Source of the DNA: Paramicrosporidium saccamoebae KSL3
Lineage: Eukaryota; Fungi; Cryptomycota
DNA: 32,000 nt
NCBI GenBank assembly: GCA_002794465.1
Contig: MTSL01000199.1
Coordinates: 29,224 to 61,223 of the forward strand
Direction of reading: 5' to 3'
Positions within the stretch are counted from its first letter, which is position 1, and every line of letters begins with the position of its first letter. A program made the position numbers and the translations under genes. Shown one piece after another: positions 21,683 to 28,570 of this stretch. Under the pieces are notes generated by a model that was not told the DNA's origin, made no database searches, and saw only the letters and a list, made by a program, of their open reading frames with translations.

Positions 21683-22364
21683 ATGGAGCGGCTCAGGGAG
21701 CAGAACCGCGTATATTTACAAAACCTAGTATGTTCCCTTGCCCGTTTACCAGTCTACTCTACGACCCGTAGTCTCTGGTGTAGATGTCGTGTTAATACCT
21801 TGTAGAGCCAGAGGACACTGTCAATGCACAGCAACTGGGCCTTGTCTATTTTGGGCAAGTCCCAAAATCACCCACACATGACAACGTCGTCGACCCGATG
21901 AACTGTCCGTATTCGACTGGGAAGAAGCTTGCTTGTGGAGATTTCATTGACATTGACATTGACATTGACATTGACAGAATTGCGTCGTCCAATTGCGCTG
22001 GATACATTGTTGCTTCTTTCTTGCAGTGAGCCAAATCGAATTGAAGCTTGATTTTAGGGAGCTTTGTCGGAGGCCTATTGATAGCACGGTTATTAGCACT
22101 GCAATAGAGTTGCTGTCAAAAGTTAAAGAGCTTCCCCGAATTCCGTCCAAAGTGATTGAATTCTACATTAGCCTTTACGATAATTCTGATGACCTGCTGA
22201 CAGGGAAGCTCTTGGAATTTATTATTGAAAAGGTTTGGTGTTCCTTGGACCAGCATGGCCGCAGGACAATTGCACAAAGTTTTGATCCAAAAAAGACTAC
22301 GATATACACTCTAAAAATAAAGGATGTCATGGCCTCATACTCTAAACGCGAGATGCATTTGTAA
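21683..22364 (+). CDS. Hypothetical helical protein; last exon supported, 5' structure uncertain
   Basis: Protein-like last exon (RELCRRPIDSTVISTAIELLSKVKELPRIP...KREMHL*) after a candidate intron 22026-22057 (gtgagc...tag). Candidate first exon MERLREQNRVYLQNL ends at a perfect gtatgt donor (21728). Internal exons unresolved. Confidence 0.4.
21945..21976. repeat. (CATTGA)5 microsatellite
   Basis: Five exact cattga units followed by ca. Confidence 0.95.
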
Positions 22365-22591
22365 TCTATGTGAGCTTTATAAGCTCTGTGTTGCAGTAAA
22401 AACTACAGAGTTTGATTCATGACATACATTTTCGTAATAGGAAAGACTGAGGAATTTTAATCAACTATATGCTCTCACGTAATAATAACAACCGAGAGGG
22501 TTTGATCCAGGATGTTGTCTCGTAATCATCGCGACCAAAGACTTTTGATCTGCGTAAATACGCTCCCACACTTTCTGCACTTTCCCACACC

Positions 22592-23008
22592 TCATAGAAC
22601 AAACGTTGAAAAAAGACGGCTTTGTAGTGCTGACTGGACAGTTCCGTCTGAATCGAAAAATATTCCTTCTGATTCCAGTAAAAGTCTCTTTTTGGTGCAC
22701 AACTCTCCATCCACCTTTGTTTCTCCAAGAAACCCACCCAGAGTATAGTCGGTTTTCAAAACTCGGTGACATGGAACGCGGGGAGCATATGGGTTCCTCT
22801 TCAAAGCCTGGCCAACTAAACATGCTTAGCAAGGTAAGAGTCGAGTGATTACCGGCACGCGGAGAGCTCTCAAGAGCGTCTGATAAGGCCTTGTATGTGC
22901 TAAAGTATCCTAGAAATGGGCATTTGAAGAATAAGGTCTACCTGCCGGCACTTGTGAGCAAAGTGAATAAACTCGAGACTGGAAAGGAGTTACATCTTTA
23001 TAGTCCAT
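22592..23008 (-). CDS. MGMT: O6-methylguanine-DNA methyltransferase (single catalytic domain), 115 aa, 2 introns
   Basis: TPFQSRVYSLCSQVPAG|YFSTYKALS...PRA|VGQALKRNP...VPCHRV...KRLLLESEG. Introns 22910-22941 and 22816-22852. Confidence 0.92.
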
Positions 23009-23102
23009 TTCTTTGACCAATAGGGGCGCTGGTGTTCACATATTTAAATATATCAAGAATCCATCGATGTTTTGTACATTTATTATCACCTCTGGTCGCC
23101 AC

Positions 23103-23132
23103 CCACGTCCACGTCCACGCCCATGCCATTGC
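23103..23132. repeat. Degenerate hexamer array ccacgt-ccacgt-ccacgc-ccatgc-cattgc spanning the BNA1 start codon
   Basis: 6-bp period read directly; ATG 23123 lies in unit 4. Confidence 0.7.
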
Positions 23133-23674
23133 TGCCCATCAATTTTGAAAAGTGGGTTGAAGAAAACCGACACAGGTTGCAGCCGCCCGTTAATAATTGG
23201 TGTGTGCATGAAGGAGACGACTTTATTGTTATGGCCGTTGGTGGTCCCAATGAGCGCAGTGACTACCACATCAATGAAACGGAAGTACAACTTTAGAGGG
23301 CCTAAATGGATTAGGAATGGTTTTACCAAATCAAAGGCGACATGCTGCTGAGGCTTGTGAATGACAAAGATGGTCTTTTGTCATTCAAAGACCAGGTGAT
23401 TAAAGAGGGCGAAATGTTCTTGCTCCCTGCCAATGTGCCACACAATCCGGTGCGATATGGAGATACGGTTGGGATAGTGATAGAAAGACGCCGGATGGGG
23501 GAGCACACTGACCGGCTTTGTTGGTATTGCAAGGAATGCCGTAAGAGGTTTTACGAAGAAGCATTTCATTGTGCCGACATTCAAACTCAGCTGAAGGAAA
23601 TCATTGTCCGCTATGCCTCCACGACGAGCCTGCGCACTTGCAAGTTTTGCAATCACATTAATCCGCCCCAATAA
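23123..23674 (+). CDS. BNA1: 3-hydroxyanthranilate 3,4-dioxygenase, 173 aa, 1 intron
   Basis: [23 protein letters not shown]|[19 protein letters not shown], and rubredoxin-like CKEC/CKFC pairs. Intron 23285-23314. Confidence 0.96.
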
Positions 23675-23682
23675 TAAAATAT

Positions 23683-25193
23683 ATGGATCCGCATGACCAA
23701 GAAGAGATCACTTGGCAACAACCAATCAAGCAACCCGTTTGCTTGTATTTATTAGGAGCAGAATTTCGGGTTGCAGTTGCGATGCCGGTGCCCGTGGACA
23801 CTACTGGTCGCGACCTCCCTCCTCTTCCCAAGATTTACGGAGAGGACCGACGCGTGAACAAACCCGAAGAGTACTTTCGTCACCTGACGAGATATCGATA
23901 TGCACGATTGTTGGGACAGGGGGCGTACGGGATGGTCTGGTAAGATGAGTACACGTGGCTAATTCTAGTGCGGCCATGGACCAACAAACAGGACACGCCG
24001 TAGCCATTAAACGGATCAACCAAATCAGCAGTCTCCTGGTGGCCCGGCGTACTCTGCGAGAGTTGAAGCTGCTCCGTCATTTCCAAGGGCATCCCAACAT
24101 TATTGCAATTCGGGACCTCTTTCTGCAGAATCCACTTTCCTCCAACTTTGATGAGCTGTACATTGCCCAGGAGCTGATGGATGCTGACATGTGCCATATC
24201 ATCCAGAGCAAGTATCCCTTGAGTGAGGAACATTGCAAAAGATTTCTTTATCAGTTGTTGCGTGGACTAAAGGCCCTTCATTCGGCGAATGTGATTCATC
24301 GCGACCTGAAACCAGGAAATATTCTATGGAAACACAATGGAGAGCTGCGTATTTGCGACTTTGGTCTTGCACGGGGACTATCCGAACCATTGGATGGCAC
24401 AGATCTGACGCTAACCAACTATGTAGCCACCCGCTGGTATCGACCTCCTGAAATCCTGCTTTACCGAACGAGTTATGGGAAGCCACTGGACATTTGGTCA
24501 GTGGGATGCATCTTTGCAGAAATGCTGGGACGCAAAGTCTTTCTCCCAGGACAAAGCGGGTTTGAGCAGCTCCATCTGATTCTGCAGAAACTGGGAACTC
24601 CATCTGATGAGGTGATTGAGCGCATTCCGAGCACAAAGAGCAAATCATACCTGAAGAGACTGCCCCGCTATCCGGCCTATCCGCTGGCCAAACGTTTCCC
24701 CAATGCCTCTCTCGACGGTAGAAAAGCCCTATGAAACGTACTGATTATTAGCGATTGACTTGTTGGGGAAGATGCTGGCTTTTGATCCGACGGAACGGAT
24801 TACCGTGGAAGAAGCCCTTGCCCATCCGTTTGTTGCCCGTTATCATGACCCGGCAGCTGAGCCGACAATGTCATCATTTGACTTTGAATTCGACAGACGC
24901 TGTGTAACCCTTCCAGAAATCAAAAGTATCGCAATAGTGACAACTGACATTTAGACTGCATCCTGGAGGAGATTGGTTTGTACCGAGTTCCGCGCCCCGA
25001 AACGCCGTTATCACTCCGGTTGGGCGAGTTGCATATTAACCACGGTGCAACTGTCCTGGCTCAGCCCAAGCCTGCTGCCATTCGACCCACTAATGTAGTC
25101 CGAGGTGGTCCGCATGGCAACACCATTGTCTCCCGGGCATATGGTGATGGTAATGGACATTATGGTAACGACAATAAGCACAAGAGCGCCTGA
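23683..25193 (+). CDS. MAP kinase, Slt2/Smk1-related, TNY activation loop, 3 introns (start 23683 or 23782)
   Basis: GQGAYGMV|[63 protein letters not shown]. Introns 23940-23968, 24718-24751, 24926-24954. Confidence 0.93.
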
Positions 25194-25210
25194 TGCGCTA
25201 TAGAGCGTCC

Positions 25211-25329
25211 ATTATGAATAGACTTTTTGGTGACGACAATGAGCGCCTGAGAGCATGATTACGAATAGACTTTTTGGTGACGAAAATAAGCGCCTTTGAG
25301 CGTGGATTACGAATAGACGTTTTGGTGAC
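25211..25329. repeat. 47/48-bp minisatellite, ~2.5 copies
   Basis: Core attaYgaatagacKttttggtgac at 25211, 25258 and 25306; the intervening segments resemble each other. Confidence 0.9.
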
Positions 25330-25395
25330 TTTGTCCAGGTGTGTAATATAGTATAGTAGATTTGCGAGATATTGGAATAATCCCCACGCAGTGAA

Positions 25396-25479
25396 CTAAT
25401 CACCCCATATAGGGGACTAATCGCCTCACGTACTAAGCTAATCACCTCACGTATTAAACTAATCACCCCCACGTAGGGA
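25396..25479. repeat. 21-bp minisatellite, 4 copies
   Basis: ctaatc at 25396, 25417, 25438 and 25459 (exact 21-bp period); units like ctaatcacctcacgtattaaa. Confidence 0.9.
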
Positions 25480-25614
25480 CATGGTTTAATTGGGAATACT
25501 CAACTTCTCCCTCGACCCACTATGAAAATGTCGACTGTAATCGGATTACAGTCCGTGTACGACATCGATCAAAAGATCTCTACCGATTCGGAATAAAGCC
25601 ACTGATGAGAACAA

Positions 25615-25782
25615 CCAATAGACATTCGGCGTCGGTAGTTGTTTGCCGTTTAAGGGATGACGGGAATCAGACGGCGCCGGTGGCAACCAATCAGCAGCGG
25701 GATATGACGACATCAACCAATGGAAGCCCCCGCCGGCATCCACCAATTTCTGTCAATGGGCAATCTGCGGAGTCATATAAAA
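25615..25782 (+). promoter_or_regulatory. Pol II promoter of the surface-protein gene: four CCAAT boxes plus TATA box
   Basis: CCAAT at 25615, 25687, 25717 and 25743, all on the + strand; TATAAAA at 25776-25782, 40 nt before ATG 25823. Confidence 0.7.
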
Positions 25783-25822
25783 GGATGGGCCGCCTCCCTG
25801 GAGGTTGAGACAACGACGAAGA

Positions 25823-28096
25823 ATGAAGGTGGAAGTGCTCTCCTCTCTGTTACTTGCATCCAGTGTACTGTCTCTGCGCTCTTCTCCCCATCGGGAGCCG
25901 CGTGTGAAGGACCTTAAGACATTCAAAGCCCACTCGCACGAGGTTCTTGAGGGAATCCACCGACTCAATAGAAGCCCTGCCGCAAAGTCTGCGTACTTTT
26001 CGGCCGTGTTTAAGCATCTGACGTCTGCCGGCCAGTCCTCACGGGTGCGCAATCAAACGGCTGTCAGCGAGTTCTTCAAGTGTCTGTCCAATGAGGACAT
26101 TGAAAAGTACGGCAGCTACATGGTGGGGGCCTTTGGTCTGTGGATGGATGCCGTCAAGAACGAAGCCAAAGCGCGCAAGGTAATCACGCGATCGCAGCGA
26201 TCCCTAATCGACGCTATCGGCAGCTTTGCATCCCGCAAGGACAAGCGTGACTTGCGTGCAATCAACCCGGAATGGCTCAAGGAAGGCGGTACGCGGATGA
26301 TGCGTGTCCTGCAGAAGCGTGATCGTCGTGTCCGAAACAGCAAGCCATTGCTTGCCGAAATGCCTGCCAGCTTCTGGAGCTGGATTGCTGCACGTCCAGC
26401 TGCTGAGCAGGAAGGACTGTGTGGAGTCATCTCTGCTTCTACCTTTTCGATGCTCGTGAAGGAAAGCGCGCCCAAGATTTCGGCTTCCTGTTTTGCCGCC
26501 ATTAAGAATGTCGGTTCGGCAGACATTGCTCTATTGATCCCGAAAATGTCAGACAATGTCTTCAAGTACTTTACCAGTCGCGTCTCTGCCAAGAATGTCA
26601 AGGCCATGAAGCCGGCCCAAATTGCCGGCTTCAACACGGACAGTCCCGCGGATGCTCGTTGTCAGAAGCTTTCCCTTCATGGCGCCACTAAGGAGGGAAT
26701 CAAAGCAGCAACGGGTGCCTGTTTGGCATCGTATCTTTTGTCGGGCAATAGTCGTGCGTTGGGTCCTCTTTGGAGCCACATCAGCAAGGACATTTTCGAT
26801 TCTCTGGGCGGCTCCTCCTACGAATTTGAGTATTCTGAGATTGCCCGTGCCATCGACTACAACGACAAGGTGCACATTCCTTTCGAAACCCTCACAAAGT
26901 TCCTGACCTATCCCGGATTTGCCGAGAATTTCACTGCGGACGGCGAATTGAAGCTCAAGGGAGGCGTGCTTAAGATAGCTCCCAAGGATCTCCCTCAGCT
27001 GAAGGACAAGAACATTTTTGTGGCTGCCCTCCTCTCCAATGATCCATTGGATCCCATGTTCCTCGCCTATCTTGACGCTGACTTCTTCACCGGCATCGAG
27101 TATCCCCTCCATGGAAAGCACTACGAGGAATTGCGTGTCTTGGACCTCATCAAGGCCAGCAACAAGGCCGAAGTTATCAAGAATCTTTCCGCTAATATCG
27201 ACAATGGCCAACATGCCTGCTCCCTCATTAAGACTGTGGACAACTTTAAGGCTGTGAAGGCGCTCGAATTTGCCGATGCCGCCTGTATTGCTGAACTCAC
27301 CTTTGACATGGACTTGAACGACTACAAGAAGATGCCCGCCCTCCTCCGTGGCCGCTCCTTCAAGACAATCTCCAAACATCTCAGCGATGACGACTTCCTT
27401 CGCATGCCCGAACCATTCTTTGCGGCCCTCCTCACCGGCGACTTTTGCAGTGTGGTTGGATATAAACGCTTTGCCAAGATCAATCCCGATGCTCTGTCTG
27501 CTGTCCATTCGGACTGTGTTAGCAAGTTTGACGGGAAGCTCATTGCCAAGTTGACTCCTGAACAGACAATCCGTTTCGCGGATGATGCCTTTGAGACCAT
27601 TACGGCTTCACAGTGGAAACAGGCCTTTACCATCAAGCATTTGAATGAAAAGCAGATTCCTCGTCTCTCTGCCGCTGTCAAGAATGACAAGGAAGTGGCC
27701 ACCTCTGCCTTTACCGATGCCGACATTACCACTCTTGGAAAGCAGGTTTCCCTACTCACTGCTCGTCAAGTTGCCGTCCTGTCTGACAAGGCGCTGCTTG
27801 CTGCCCCTATTGCCAATCTTACTGCCTCTTCTCTTACCCTCTTGAGTCTCGCCAAGGTCAAGCTCCTCATCTCCACCTTCCCCTACATGAGTGCTGCCCA
27901 GATTGAGAATCTTGGTGCCTCCTCCACCGATGTCACTGAGATCCTCTTGTTCATTGAAGAAAATAAGAGCAAGCTGAACAAGGAGGCCTTTGCTGCCTGG
28001 GAGAAGCGTCGCTTAAGCGGCAACTCTGCCAAGACCATGTCCACCGGTGTCACCACTGCTGTTGCCCTTGGTCTTGTTGCTGCAATCCTCCTCTAA
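25823..28096 (+). CDS. Predicted GPI-anchored, secreted helical-repeat surface protein, 757 aa, intronless, unknown family
   Basis: Signal peptide MKVEVLSSLLLASSVLSL; C-terminal SGNSAKTMSTGVTTAVALGLVAAILL* (small residues, spacer, hydrophobic tail). Four Cys pairs; [LM]-x-x-x-Q-[IVT] repeats; strong C/G-ending codon bias. Confidence 0.88.
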   Translation: MKVEVLSSLLLASSVLSLRSSPHREPRVKDLKTFKAHSHEVLEGIHRLNRSPAAKSAYFSAVFKHLTSAGQSSRVRNQTAVSEFFKCLSNEDIEKYGSYMVGAFGLWMDAVKNEAKARKVITRSQRSLIDAIGSFASRKDKRDLRAINPEWLKEGGTRMMRVLQKRDRRVRNSKPLLAEMPASFWSWIAARPAAEQEGLCGVISASTFSMLVKESAPKISASCFAAIKNVGSADIALLIPKMSDNVFKYFTSRVSAKNVKAMKPAQIAGFNTDSPADARCQKLSLHGATKEGIKAATGACLASYLLSGNSRALGPLWSHISKDIFDSLGGSSYEFEYSEIARAIDYNDKVHIPFETLTKFLTYPGFAENFTADGELKLKGGVLKIAPKDLPQLKDKNIFVAALLSNDPLDPMFLAYLDADFFTGIEYPLHGKHYEELRVLDLIKASNKAEVIKNLSANIDNGQHACSLIKTVDNFKAVKALEFADAACIAELTFDMDLNDYKKMPALLRGRSFKTISKHLSDDDFLRMPEPFFAALLTGDFCSVVGYKRFAKINPDALSAVHSDCVSKFDGKLIAKLTPEQTIRFADDAFETITASQWKQAFTIKHLNEKQIPRLSAAVKNDKEVATSAFTDADITTLGKQVSLLTARQVAVLSDKALLAAPIANLTASSLTLLSLAKVKLLISTFPYMSAAQIENLGASSTDVTEILLFIEENKSKLNKEAFAAWEKRRLSGNSAKTMSTGVTTAVALGLVAAILL

Positions 28097-28570
28097 GATC
28101 TAGGTTAGAATAAATTATGAGACTACCAATAATATTATATATTGCGAGATAGAGGGTGTGTGTGTACTGACTAGGATTACGGGCTAGAATCATCAAGTCT
28201 GTCGTGTTAGATTAGATGAGAGAATATATGAAGGGCTGCTGGTGGGCGGGAGTATTGTCCCCAACTTGACTGATCTGTATTGGTGTGATGTAGAGAATGG
28301 TTAACTGGATATTTGCGGACATACTTGTGTGGCAAGGTGAATCGATGAGCTGAGTATTCAATGATTATTACGTTATTTACGAGACTCTAAATAGGCCGGT
28401 GGATTAACTGTGAATGCCAGTGAGCGAGTTCCCCGTATGACTTGGTCTGTCGGATTAGCAGTAAACAAATTCTCTTTTCTGACTTTCTGTGGCATTCCAC
28501 TCGCTAGGCGACATTACACACGCAACCATATTTTTATATAAACAAATTTTTAGCTGGATTCGGATCTTCC

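Noticed and set aside
25211-25329. CRISPR-like look of a 24-bp core separated by 23-24 nt segments
   Set aside because: The 'spacers' are homologous to each other, there are only 2.5 units, there are no cas genes, and the context is eukaryotic. It is a minisatellite.
26549-27508. 319-aa antisense ORF inside the surface-protein gene
   Set aside because: Expected shadow of strong codon bias (few TTA/CTA/TCA codons on the sense strand). The translation has no protein-like motifs.
28097-28570. snRNA, RNase P/MRP or telomerase RNA in the long intergenic gap
   Set aside because: I found no U1/U2/U5/U6 signature, no paired P4 CR-I/CR-V and no convincing template by eye. Left only as a low-interest finding pending an Infernal search.
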